Positions 51,492 to 60,854 of a stretch of DNA of 64,000 nucleotides are shown one piece after another; the first letter of the stretch is position 1; the number at the start of each line of letters is the position of its first letter. The position numbers were made by a program, and so were the translations under genes. Origin of the DNA: Spirochaetia bacterium (GTDB taxonomy: Bacteria; Spirochaetota; Spirochaetia; CAKZLE01). The notes under the pieces are model-generated. The model ran no database searches. It was not told the origin of the DNA and worked only from the letters and a program-made list of their open reading frames with translations. The stretch is taken from assembly GCA_963677595.1 (NCBI GenBank), contig OY782041.1, positions 2,560,001-2,624,000 on the forward strand, written 5' to 3'.

Positions 51492-52259
51492 GTGATGATA
51501 CGAAGGACTGTCCTGGTCGTCTTGTTGGCTTGTTTGGTGATCTTCCCGCTCAGCGGGGCTCCTGCCGAGAGTGGGAACGCTGCGGCGGCCGGTGTGAATG
51601 GCTACCTCGTCATCCCCAGTGCGGTTCCTGCCTGGGCAGAGAACGATGGGACGGTGACGATCGGTTACTCGGCGAATCTCTCCGGTAACGGGTTCAGCCA
51701 TATACCCTACCTCCAGGTAGGCGTGAACGGGCAGCTCGAGTTCGCCCTGAGTGCCGATCTCGGTACTGGCGCTGCGATCCTCTTCAACGGGAAGCTGCGG
51801 GTGGATAGGGCTACCGGCAGGTCCCTTGCCTTCGGGGTCAACGGGCAGCTCCTGCAGATCACTCCGTCGTTGGACTGGGCAGCCCAGCTCTACGGGGCCT
51901 ACACCTTCTCCGGCAACATCCTGAACCGGTCTGCTTCGGCGACCCTCATGCTGGGGTATACCCTGCGGCCGAGTATCAGTTCCAACATCGATTATGGGAT
52001 GGGGCTGGAGTTCCCGTTCCTCGAGGATGTCTTCAACGGGAAGGTAGACTTCGTCCTCGACTTCGGGAACATCTCCTACAGTGCAGCCCCGAGCATCACG
52101 GATGCCGGGAACCGGGGCATGGTGAACCTCGGCCTCAGGCTGCGCCCGATAACGCTCACGGACGGGATCTATTTCAGCGCCGACCTGCGTACCCTCGATA
52201 TCATGGATGCGGCAGACCGGGGACTGAGCCTCGGGGTCGGTTTCTCCTTCGAACCCTGA
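51492..52259 (+). CDS. Exported hypothetical protein, possible beta-barrel
   Basis: Signal peptide; alternating beta pattern; C-terminal GVGFSF; AAGGAG RBS. Confidence 0.6.
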   Translation: MMIRRTVLVVLLACLVIFPLSGAPAESGNAAAAGVNGYLVIPSAVPAWAENDGTVTIGYSANLSGNGFSHIPYLQVGVNGQLEFALSADLGTGAAILFNGKLRVDRATGRSLAFGVNGQLLQITPSLDWAAQLYGAYTFSGNILNRSASATLMLGYTLRPSISSNIDYGMGLEFPFLEDVFNGKVDFVLDFGNISYSAAPSITDAGNRGMVNLGLRLRPITLTDGIYFSADLRTLDIMDAADRGLSLGVGFSFEP

Positions 52260-52359
52260 TCACCTGAATCTATATTCATGTAATACAATGCACGCATATT
52301 GACAGACACCCCCATCTGCAGGTACTGTGCTGGTGTCAACACAGCAGAGAGGTGAGAAG

Positions 52360-54135
52360 ATGGGGAAACTGAATTCATGGCGAATACTGACGAATCATGC
52401 ACGGGTGCTCCTCTACCTGCTGCATAACCCCACTGCCCGGGTTCGGACTATTGCAGGCAAGCTCGGGATCACGGAACGTGCCGTCCACAAGCTCATCTCG
52501 GAACTCGAGGAGGAGCACTACCTGTCCAGGAGCCGGGACGGGAGAAGGAACATCTATGAGCTCGACCTCTCTGCGCCAGTGACGATCAATGAGGATGACA
52601 AGCTTACCGTCCGTGAGCTGCTTGAACGGCTCTCGCTGGAGCGGATCGAGCGGCCTGCAGTCTTCCTCGACCGGGACGGCACCCTCATCGAGGACCGGGG
52701 GTACATCTCCTCACCCGACGATATCGTGCTCTTCGATGATACCATCGATGCCCTGCACAGTCTTGCCGGTACCTACGAGCTCTTCGTGGTGACCAACCAG
52801 TCCGGGATCGCCAAAGGGTTGATCAGCCGGGAGGATGCGGACCGGGTGAATGCCGCCCTGGATGCTATCCTGCGGAAAGCGGGGATCACGATCAGGAAGT
52901 GGTATGTCTGCCCGCACAACAGGGAGGACGGCTGTGACTGCATGAAGCCAAGACCTCGGTTCCTCCTGGAGGCCTCCAATGAGTTCAGGGTCGACCTTGC
53001 GAGGTCGTTCACCATCGGGGACCACCCCCATGATGTCCTGACCGGGAGCGAATACGGCTGTACCGGGCTCTACCTGCTCACCGGTCACGGTGAGAAACAT
53101 GCTGCAGAACTCCCGCATGACAAACTGCTCTTCCACAGCCTCTCCGATGCCGTCTCCTGGATCGGGACGCATGGGGATGCGAGAGGATCCCTGGAAGAAG
53201 AGATCGCCCGGGGCGTGAAGGCTATCAGGGAGGGAGGGCTCACCGCCTTCCCGACTGAGACCGTCTACGGCCTCGGGGCTGATGCCATGAACGAGGATGC
53301 GGTCAGGAAGATCTTCATCGCGAAGCAGCGTCCCTTCGAGGACCCGCTGATCTCCCATGTCTCGAGCCGCGATATGGTGCTTCCTATGGTCGGGGAACTT
53401 CCCCCGAAGGCCGTGAAGCTCATGGATGCCTTCTGGCCGGGACCGTTGACCCTCGTCTTCAGGAAGTCCGGACTCGTACCCGATGCCGTCACGGCAGGGA
53501 ACCCGACGGTCGCGATCAGGATGCCGAGCCATCCCGTGGCTCTCGAGCTGATCAGGAGGGCCGGGACACCGATCGCGGCTCCGAGCGCGAACTCCTTCGG
53601 GAAGACATCCCCCACTACCGCACAGCACGTGATCGATCAGCTCGAAGGTCGGTTCGATGCGATCATCGACGGCGGAGCCTGCAGGGTAGGGGTGGAGTCG
53701 ACCGTCCTCTCGATCGTGGATGAGGAACTTCCGGTCCTCCTGAGGCCGGGCGGGGTGACCATCGAGGAGATCGAGGCCGTGATCGGACCGATCACCATGG
53801 CTCTGCCGAAGCAGGAGCTCGTCTTCGACAGCCCCGGGATGTTCCCCTCCCACTATGCCCCGAAGACTCCGATGATCATGGTCGATGACCCGTCGCTCTA
53901 TGCCCATGAGTCCCATATAGCGGTGATGCTCTTCAGGCCGTCAGAGGTCGAGTATGCTGGTGAGGTCTTCACCCTGAGCAGTTCAGGTAATGCAGCCGCA
54001 GCTGCTGCGAGGCTCTATGAGACCATGCGGAGGATCGACCGGCTCGGCCTGCGGCTGATCGTCGCCGAGAAGCTCCCCGAGACCGGTATGGGGGTCGCGG
54101 TGAATGACAGGATGAGCAGGGCAGCCGCCGATTAG
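52360..54135 (+). CDS. wHTH + GmhB-type HAD phosphatase + Sua5/TsaC threonylcarbamoyl-AMP synthase fusion
   Basis: LTNHARV..GITERAV..GRRN.Y; FLDRDGT, TNQSG, CPH..CDC.KP; FPTETVYGL, PSAN, SPT, ESTV, HYAP. Confidence 0.85.
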   Translation: MGKLNSWRILTNHARVLLYLLHNPTARVRTIAGKLGITERAVHKLISELEEEHYLSRSRDGRRNIYELDLSAPVTINEDDKLTVRELLERLSLERIERPAVFLDRDGTLIEDRGYISSPDDIVLFDDTIDALHSLAGTYELFVVTNQSGIAKGLISREDADRVNAALDAILRKAGITIRKWYVCPHNREDGCDCMKPRPRFLLEASNEFRVDLARSFTIGDHPHDVLTGSEYGCTGLYLLTGHGEKHAAELPHDKLLFHSLSDAVSWIGTHGDARGSLEEEIARGVKAIREGGLTAFPTETVYGLGADAMNEDAVRKIFIAKQRPFEDPLISHVSSRDMVLPMVGELPPKAVKLMDAFWPGPLTLVFRKSGLVPDAVTAGNPTVAIRMPSHPVALELIRRAGTPIAAPSANSFGKTSPTTAQHVIDQLEGRFDAIIDGGACRVGVESTVLSIVDEELPVLLRPGGVTIEEIEAVIGPITMALPKQELVFDSPGMFPSHYAPKTPMIMVDDPSLYAHESHIAVMLFRPSEVEYAGEVFTLSSSGNAAAAAARLYETMRRIDRLGLRLIVAEKLPETGMGVAVNDRMSRAAAD

Positions 54136-54154
54136 GCGATACCAGCCGGCATAG

Positions 54155-55153
54155 TCACTGCCGGGTCAGGGTATCGTCCTTGATGATGATCGATGCCTGT
54201 GAGAGGACCTCCTCAGGGATCGTGATCCCGAGCTTCTCCGCAGTATCAAGGTTCACCAGCAGCTGGATGTCCTCCGGTTCGGTCATGAAGCCGACCGGTA
54301 TGGAGGCAGGGTCTGCTCCCTCCAGGAGTTCTGCAGCCATACGTGCCGTGGCTCTTCCGAGTTTGTAGTAGTCGAATCCCCAGGCGAGCATGATATCCAA
54401 ACCCTCTGCCGAGGTAGTATCGGCACTCATGATCGGGATGCCTGCGTTCAGGGCAACATCAGCGAGGGCGGGAAGGGCCGAGACGACGGTGTTGTCATTG
54501 GAGACGTAGAACCCGTCCACCCTGCCCGCGATCGCCTGGGCTGCCTGCTTCACCTCCGAGCTGTTGGTAACCGAGGAGGGGACGTACTCGATCCCGAGCT
54601 TGTCACAGACCTCTTCGGCCATCCCTGCCAGCAGGACCGCGTTCGCCTCCCCGCTGGTATAGACGACACCGAGACGCCTGATCCCCGCAACCTCTTTCAG
54701 GAGGCTGATCTGTGCCGCTACCGGGGTCAGGTCCGATACTCCGCACACATTCCCGATACCATGGTCATAGGTCTCCACCAGCCCCGCCGCGATCGGCTCG
54801 GTCACTGCCGAGAAGAGTACGGGGCTGTCAGTGATTGTGTTGGCCAGCGCCTGGGACGTCGGGGTGGCGATCCCGATAGCGAGGTCCACCCGGTCCGCCT
54901 TGAACTTCCCGGCGATGGAGTTCGCTGTTGCGATATCCCCGTTGGCCTGCTGCAGGTCGAAGGTGATGTCATCGTAGCCTGCGTCCCGCAGCCCGTCGAT
55001 GATTCCCTGCTCGATCGCGTCCAGCGCGGGGTGGGTAATGATCTTCGAGATCCCCACGGTGACCTTCCCGTCGTCCTTCCTGCAGCCGGTCAGCCCGGTG
55101 AGGCCTAGAAGTATGATGATGATCGCCGCAGCGATCGCAGATGACTTCTTCAT
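54155..55153 (-). CDS. ABC substrate-binding lipoprotein (aromatic amino acid/TrpX type)
   Basis: Lipobox LTGC; HPALD, IATPTSQA, GVSD, DNTV. Confidence 0.85.
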   Translation of the reverse strand: MKKSSAIAAAIIIILLGLTGLTGCRKDDGKVTVGISKIITHPALDAIEQGIIDGLRDAGYDDITFDLQQANGDIATANSIAGKFKADRVDLAIGIATPTSQALANTITDSPVLFSAVTEPIAAGLVETYDHGIGNVCGVSDLTPVAAQISLLKEVAGIRRLGVVYTSGEANAVLLAGMAEEVCDKLGIEYVPSSVTNSSEVKQAAQAIAGRVDGFYVSNDNTVVSALPALADVALNAGIPIMSADTTSAEGLDIMLAWGFDYYKLGRATARMAAELLEGADPASIPVGFMTEPEDIQLLVNLDTAEKLGITIPEEVLSQASIIIKDDTLTRQ

Positions 55154-55171
55154 GTCTTGTCCTTCCTATAA

Positions 55172-55231
55172 TGTTTCTATCGATAGAAACAATTTGCAGG
55201 ATTACTATATATGTTTCTACGAATAGAATCA
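55172..55231. promoter_or_regulatory. Tandem palindromic operator pair
   Basis: Perfect 20-bp palindrome TGTTTCTATCGATAGAAACA (55172) and imperfect copy TGTTTCTACGAATAGAATCA (55212). Confidence 0.65.
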
Positions 55232-55297
55232 ATAGGGTCTGAAGAATTATAATGTCCACATAAGAGATTGATGCTTTCAGTCTCTTATTCTGGAAGG

Positions 55298-55490
55298 TTC
55301 GATGTTATTCTGGACTTGACGGAGTCCGGAAGCCGGTGGTCATGCGACTACGTTTGTGAAACACGTCTGTTGACGGTGATTTCTTTGAAGAAAATACACA
55401 GACGCCGGCCATCGAAGTATAAGGTGGGACTGATGGAGGATGGTGAGCATCCGGTCATATCCTCCATCTGAGCCCGATAATAAAAATGAA
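55298..55490 (+). ncRNA. Putative bridge/seek RNA of IS110 element 2
   Basis: Homologous structure to the element 1 NCR; TGAAGAAAA matches its target; TATAA and AATAAA match its donor; ends approximate. Confidence 0.7.
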
Positions 55491-55554
55491 AACAACGAAC
55501 TGCTAAAAAGCCTTCCGGATATCTTCCGCCAATCTATTTTTAGGAGGTGGCAAG

Positions 55555-56706
55555 ATGAATGGAAACTTGCCAGAAGGTTCTCGGATCATAGGGCTCGACC
55601 TATCCAAGAAATCGTTCACAGGATGTATCCTCTCCGGTACGGGTTACGTGAAGAAGCAGTACTTTTCGGGGAAGATGACGCAGGAAGACCAGGGGTGGAA
55701 ACTCATACGTGACTACATCCATGACGGAGACCTGGTACTCATGGAGGCAGGCACCTCATCGTTCACGTTAGCCCGGTACCTGCAGCGACGTTCGAAAGCG
55801 AGTAAGGTGATCGTCTTGAATCCCGGTACGCTGCGCATCATCTGGATGAGCCATCAGAAGAATGACAAAGCAGATTCGGCAAAGATTGCCTGTGTCGCCA
55901 GGGACATGCCTGAGGAGGCCTGGCCGGTAGTTCCTATACCTACCGATCAGGAGCAGGCAGAACGATCATGTATCACCCTGTATGTGTTCTTTAAACGGGA
56001 AGAGACGCAGTTGATCAACCGTCTGTATGCGCTGTATAACTCACTGGGCTATCCGGAGATCTCCCCAGCGATCCTCAAGGAGCAGCCGGAGGGACGGCAT
56101 GCGTTAGCCCGGAAGTTGTTGTCTGACTGCCCGACAGCCTTGGATGGGGCAGTCCTGCTGAATGAGCAGCTTGAGTTGACGCAGCATCATATTGAGGTGA
56201 TGATCGATAAACTGCGGAGCATCTGTCTGGCCCATCCGAAGCAGGCGCTCTCCTGGTTCTCGATACCGGGTATCGGCCTCATTAATGCAGCTACGTTACT
56301 AGCCTACATCGGAGATGGTTCACGATTCACCAAATCGTGCCAGCTGCTCAACTATGCAGGCCTCATCCCCAAGCAGGATCAAAGTGGTACAGTCGATAAG
56401 CATCTTGGGATCACCCATCGGGGCAATGCCTACATCCGCAGGAACATCGTCCAGGGAGCCTGGAGAGTCTCGAATATGAAGCCGGTTTGCCAGATTACCA
56501 AGTTCGCATATCATAAGAAAATGGCAGGAAAGAAGAAGCAGATAGTCGCTATAGCAGTCGCGAACAAGATGCTTCGAACGGGGTTGGCTATGCTGCATTC
56601 AGGAGAACTCTATTACCCCACGATCGAGGAGGGATACGCCAAGCTCGAAGCAAAGCTTCGATCGTACAAAGTACAGGCCCTTATGAATTCCATAGCAGAA
56701 AGGTAA
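55555..56706 (+). CDS. IS110-family DEDD recombinase
   Basis: GLDLSK, LMEAG, KNDKADS; SIPGIG; GLIPKQDQSG. Confidence 0.95.
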   Translation: MNGNLPEGSRIIGLDLSKKSFTGCILSGTGYVKKQYFSGKMTQEDQGWKLIRDYIHDGDLVLMEAGTSSFTLARYLQRRSKASKVIVLNPGTLRIIWMSHQKNDKADSAKIACVARDMPEEAWPVVPIPTDQEQAERSCITLYVFFKREETQLINRLYALYNSLGYPEISPAILKEQPEGRHALARKLLSDCPTALDGAVLLNEQLELTQHHIEVMIDKLRSICLAHPKQALSWFSIPGIGLINAATLLAYIGDGSRFTKSCQLLNYAGLIPKQDQSGTVDKHLGITHRGNAYIRRNIVQGAWRVSNMKPVCQITKFAYHKKMAGKKKQIVAIAVANKMLRTGLAMLHSGELYYPTIEEGYAKLEAKLRSYKVQALMNSIAER

Positions 56707-56713
56707 TTTCATA

Positions 56714-57947
56714 GGCTCTTTTCGTAAGTTTTAGTTATGGGCTATCGGCTGCAAGATCTTAGGAAATTCAAGATTTCTGACCTGCTTTGTCGTAGCCGTT
56801 TCCTTCCCCGGTACCATCAGAGATTTAAGAATGTCCACTTTTTCTGATAACCGTTTCGGTTTGTTCACTAACTTCCAAGCTTCCCACATAATATACAACT
56901 CAGCATTCTTCGTGGCAAAACTCGATCGGCTATGAGCTTTCTCTGCAATAATCGAGTGTAACGCATTCACCATCTGCAGATTGAACTGGCCATATCGCGA
57001 TTCCGTCTTTGAATCAAGCGCAACATGGGATAGTCCAGAATCCTGGGCAAACTTTATTCCGCCCTTGCTCTTATCGGTTACCAGAATCGCCTGAGTATTC
57101 AGCCGAGTGTCAAACGCATACCCCAAGCCCTCACTGCTGACCGTACCTCTCCCGATGGGTTTGCCAATCACATTGCGATCTTCATCTATCGCTGTAGCGA
57201 TGCAGACCTTATCCCTGCTCAACCCGCGTTTTTTGTCCTGGGAGCCACGCTGGTGAGGATGATCTCGGAATCCATACTTCTTATAGTCGGGGATCATGTC
57301 CGTATAGTCCTGTTCGATCCCTAAGTTTGCTACACTCTTCTTATTGCCCTTAAAGCTTGCTGGAAGATAGAATTCGTCTTCTTGGATGATCCCGGTTAGG
57401 ATTTTCCCCTCGACCGAATTCCCCACATGATTGAACAGCTTCATCCGCCATGCATGTGCTGTAGCTAGGGATATGTGGCACTTTTCAGACAAGATGGTTA
57501 ACGTATCATTACACAGCATGCCCTCGATGAAGGTATCCCAGGCTTGGTTTGAGGTTGCGCTGCCTTGCGATACCCGCCCTGTAGATACCCCAAAATATGA
57601 TCGGCACTCATTGCATCGATATCTTGGTTTCCCATATGCAGAACCGTTCTTCACCACATGAGTCGACCCACAGGTCGGACAACATATTGGTGTCGAACCT
57701 GCCTCCGGCTGCTTCCTGCCAGCTTCCAATGGAGAAACAGATTCAGTATTGTCAGGGGAAAGGCCATTTTCCTCTATCAAGGTATTCACGATTGTGATGA
57801 TGGCTTTTTTCTCTTCAACATCCTTCAGAGCATCCAGCATCTGCTGATAGATTTCCAATGCAATTTGTTCGTTACTTCCCATAGCTATAGTATAGCAGAT
57901 TTAAGGCCTGCTGTATACAAAAATCACTTTATCTTACGAAAAGAGCC
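56714..57947 (-). mobile_element. IS1595-family element nested in the right end of IS110 element 2
   Basis: Perfect 15-bp TIR GGCTCTTTTCGTAAG; 8-bp TSD ATTTCATA (56706-13, 57948-55). Confidence 0.95.
56731..57882 (-). CDS. IS1595-family transposase
   Basis: Zn ribbon CPTCGS..RYRCNEC, HTH, QEDEFY, VTDK. Confidence 0.92.
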   Translation of the reverse strand: MGSNEQIALEIYQQMLDALKDVEEKKAIITIVNTLIEENGLSPDNTESVSPLEAGRKQPEAGSTPICCPTCGSTHVVKNGSAYGKPRYRCNECRSYFGVSTGRVSQGSATSNQAWDTFIEGMLCNDTLTILSEKCHISLATAHAWRMKLFNHVGNSVEGKILTGIIQEDEFYLPASFKGNKKSVANLGIEQDYTDMIPDYKKYGFRDHPHQRGSQDKKRGLSRDKVCIATAIDEDRNVIGKPIGRGTVSSEGLGYAFDTRLNTQAILVTDKSKGGIKFAQDSGLSHVALDSKTESRYGQFNLQMVNALHSIIAEKAHSRSSFATKNAELYIMWEAWKLVNKPKRLSEKVDILKSLMVPGKETATTKQVRNLEFPKILQPIAHN

Positions 57948-58178
57948 ATTTCATAAGAGCCCCATAATTCAAAGTACCTCAGCGTTTCGCCTGTGTCTAT
58001 TCATAGGCTAGTATCATTATATGCAGATGTCAAGATTTAGATATGTTTAAAGTTTACTCTTGACTTATGTGGACAAATAAAAACATGAGAAAATATCTCG
58101 TCAGGGAATGGCAGGCGGTCCCAACCTACTGGACAACCGTGTCGTGGCGATTATGCTTACCTCAAGGGAGGATACCGC

Positions 58179-58817
58179 ATGCTCAAGGAACACCAGTTGA
58201 AGACGATACGATCATATGAGAAGACAGCCGGCCGCTTTCGTGATACCGTGGCTCTCCTCGATAACTACCATGAGACCTATGACTACCTGCTCTCCCTCCT
58301 GCATGCCGGTGACTCGGTGCTCGACCTTGCCTGCGGCCCGGGAAATATCAGCGGGTATCTTGCGGACCGGATGGGACTCAGGATCACCGGATTCGACCTG
58401 TCTGAGCATATGCTTTCGCTGGCTCGTGCACGGGTCCCAACTGGTGAGTTCCGGGTACAGTCGATCATAGACTTCTCCCTTACAGTCCCAGTCGACCTCG
58501 TGGTCAACGGGTTCGGCCTCCCGTACCTGGATGATGGACAGGTCGACTCTTCACTTGCGGCCTCCTGCAGTGTGCTCAAGGATGGGGGGTATCTCTATCT
58601 CAGCTTCATGAACGGCATGGGTGAGGGGTTCGAGATCACCTCCTTTGGCGGGGCTGAGGAATTCTATGTGCACTATCATGACCGGGAACAGGTCAGGGGA
58701 AAGCTTGCTGCCGCAGGGTGTACCCTGATCAGGGAATGGACCCTTCCGTACACCGAGCCTGATGGCTCGGTCACTGATGACCTCATCCTCCTGCTGCAGA
58801 AATGCATACAAATTTGA
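58179..58817 (+). CDS. Class I SAM-dependent methyltransferase
   Basis: VLDLACGPG, GFDLS, LKDGG. Confidence 0.88.
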   Translation: MLKEHQLKTIRSYEKTAGRFRDTVALLDNYHETYDYLLSLLHAGDSVLDLACGPGNISGYLADRMGLRITGFDLSEHMLSLARARVPTGEFRVQSIIDFSLTVPVDLVVNGFGLPYLDDGQVDSSLAASCSVLKDGGYLYLSFMNGMGEGFEITSFGGAEEFYVHYHDREQVRGKLAAAGCTLIREWTLPYTEPDGSVTDDLILLLQKCIQI

Positions 58818-58855
58818 CTTGACTTCTTTCTTGTGAAAGCATACCCTTTTAATAT

Positions 58856-58874
58856 AGTAATACAAAGTATTACT
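58856..58874. promoter_or_regulatory. Palindromic operator upstream of RHH-znu operon
   Basis: AGTAATAC-AAA-GTATTACT, perfect 8-3-8 repeat. Confidence 0.6.
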
Positions 58875-58892
58875 TATGATCGGAGGTACGCT

Positions 58893-59174
58893 ATGAAGAA
58901 GGAGAGTGTCATCACATTCAAGGCTGACCAGAAGCTGTCTGAGCTGCTGCAGGATATACCGAACCGGTCAGATTTCATCCGGAAAGCTGTCCTCGAGGCC
59001 CTAAACTCGACTTGCCCGCTCTGTAACGGGACCGGTATCCTTACCCCGTCCCAGCGGAAGCACTGGGATGAGTTCTCCGAGCATCACCATGTTGCTAAGT
59101 GCAGCGAGGGATGCGGGGAGCGGATCCTCTTCTGCGATTACCAGGAACCCGGAGAACATGGAGGTGAACTATGA
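58893..59174 (+). CDS. Ribbon-helix-helix (CopG-like) regulator with Cys/His-rich C-terminus
   Basis: VITFKAD..NRSDFIRKAV; CPLC..HW..HHH..CxxxC..C; GGAGG RBS. Confidence 0.75.
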   Translation: MKKESVITFKADQKLSELLQDIPNRSDFIRKAVLEALNSTCPLCNGTGILTPSQRKHWDEFSEHHHVAKCSEGCGERILFCDYQEPGEHGGEL

Positions 59175-60106
59175 AACGACTACTGCTAATTGTGAGCCTG
59201 TTTTTCTCCGTCCTCTCGCTCTTCGCGGGCGGGACCGCTGAGTCATCCGGGGATGATTCCCGGCAGGATGTGTTCGTATCGATCCTTCCCCAGACCTATC
59301 TCGTAGAGAAGATAGGGGGGGAGCGGGTATCGGTCGAGGTCATGGTACCTCCCGGGAAGAATCCCGCGACCTATGAGCCGACTCCTCGACAGGTGAGTGC
59401 CCTCGGAGCTGCTGATGTATTCTTCACGATCGGTGTCGCGTTCGAGGATGCGTTCCTCCCGGTCATCGAGTCGAACCTACCTGGCCTCCCGGTCATCGCA
59501 GGCGATGGTGGGATCACCAAACGTACCATTGAGGACCATGACCATGGGGATGAGGAGGAAGGTCATGATCATGAAGAAGAGGGCCCTGACCAGGAGGAAG
59601 AGGAAGGACATGAGGCTCCAGACCCCCATATATGGATGGACCCGCTGCTGATGAAGCAGCAGGCACAGACGATCAGGGACGCCCTGATCGAGCTGGACCC
59701 AGAGGGTGAGAGTATCTACACCACAGGCTATGCAGCCGCTGCTGAGGAGCTGGACTCCCTCCATGGGCACCTTACGGAGGTCCTGGCTCCCCATCGTGGG
59801 GAATCCCTCTTCGTCTACCATCCGGCCTTCGGGTACTTCGCCGACCGGTACGGGCTTACACAGGTCTCGATCGAGACCGGCGGGAAGGAGCCGACACCTG
59901 CACAGCTGGAAGCGATCATAGAGCATGCGCTCGAGGAACACATACAGATCATATTCGTACAGCCGGAGTTTCCCGTGAAGAGTGCCCAGGCTGTCGCGAA
60001 GGCAATAGGCGGCACCGTGATCCCGGTGACACCGCTTCGTTCCGATTACATCGAGGGCATGGAGGAGCTTGCGCAGGCCATCCTCGAAGGAGGGGCACAT
60101 GAATGA
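59171..60106 (+). CDS. znuA: Zinc ABC substrate-binding protein
   Basis: P.TYEPTP, His/Glu-rich loop, DPHIW, HPAFGYF. Confidence 0.88.
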   Translation: MKRLLLIVSLFFSVLSLFAGGTAESSGDDSRQDVFVSILPQTYLVEKIGGERVSVEVMVPPGKNPATYEPTPRQVSALGAADVFFTIGVAFEDAFLPVIESNLPGLPVIAGDGGITKRTIEDHDHGDEEEGHDHEEEGPDQEEEEGHEAPDPHIWMDPLLMKQQAQTIRDALIELDPEGESIYTTGYAAAAEELDSLHGHLTEVLAPHRGESLFVYHPAFGYFADRYGLTQVSIETGGKEPTPAQLEAIIEHALEEHIQIIFVQPEFPVKSAQAVAKAIGGTVIPVTPLRSDYIEGMEELAQAILEGGAHE

Positions 60107-60854
60107 CCAGACAGTGATCACCGCTGAGCATCTCACCTTCTCCTACGGCAGCAGCCCGATCTTCTCGGACCTGAGCTTCGAGGTCCACGCCCATGAGATG
60201 GTGACGGTCGTGGGGCCGAACGGCGGGGGGAAGACCACGCTGCTGCAGCTGCTGCTCGGGTTCATCGAGCCCGAGAGCGGGAGCATCAGGATCATGGGAC
60301 ACTCTCCCCATGAGGCAGGGGCGCACATCGGTTATGTGCCGCAGTACGCGAAGTATGATGAGAAGTTCCCCATCACCGTGATGGAGGTCGTGCTGATCGG
60401 GAGGATCCGGAACTTCTTCGGCTACTACTCGGCAGAGGACCGGAGGATGGCTCTCGAGGCCATGGAACGGGTCGGGGTGGCGAACCTCGCCAAGGAGGCG
60501 TTCTCTGCGCTCTCCGGCGGGCAGCGGCAGCGGGTACTCATCGCGAGGGCGCTGGTCAGCAACCCGGAGATCCTCCTGCTCGATGAGCCGACGGCCAACA
60601 TCGATGCCTTCATGAGTGAGAAGTTCATCTCGCTCGTCGAGGAGCTCGCGAAGGAGAAGACCGTCCTCTTCGTCACCCATGATACCGGTTTCGTCTCCGA
60701 TTTCACCGACCGGGTATTCTGTATCAACCGGGGGCTTCATGAGCACCCCGTCGATGACATCTCAGGGACTCAGATCCTCCAGGCTTACGGGCACCCGGTC
60801 AGGAGTGTCCGCCATGATATTAAACTCAATGAAGGGGGGGTAGGATCATGTTAG
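60099..60854 (+). CDS. znuC: Zinc ABC ATPase
   Basis: GPNGGGKTT, IGYVPQ, LSGGQRQR. Confidence 0.88.
   Translation: MNDQTVITAEHLTFSYGSSPIFSDLSFEVHAHEMVTVVGPNGGGKTTLLQLLLGFIEPESGSIRIMGHSPHEAGAHIGYVPQYAKYDEKFPITVMEVVLIGRIRNFFGYYSAEDRRMALEAMERVGVANLAKEAFSALSGGQRQRVLIARALVSNPEILLLDEPTANIDAFMSEKFISLVEELAKEKTVLFVTHDTGFVSDFTDRVFCINRGLHEHPVDDISGTQILQAYGHPVRSVRHDIKLNEGGVGSC

Larger units (their letters stand above)
55247..58079 (+). mobile_element. IS110-superfamily element 2 (with nested IS1595)
   Basis: Perfect 12-bp sub-terminal IR TGTCCACATAAG (55253) / CTTATGTGGACA (58064); AA at 55245-46 and 58080-81; right boundary within an A run is ambiguous by 1-2 bp. Confidence 0.88.

Noticed and set aside
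55268-55712. Small ORFs in the IS110 element 2 leader
   Set aside because: Not conserved in the element 1 leader, whereas the RNA structure is.
59530-59615. GAG/CAT-rich repeat in znuA
   Set aside because: Encodes the standard His/acidic loop of ZnuA.
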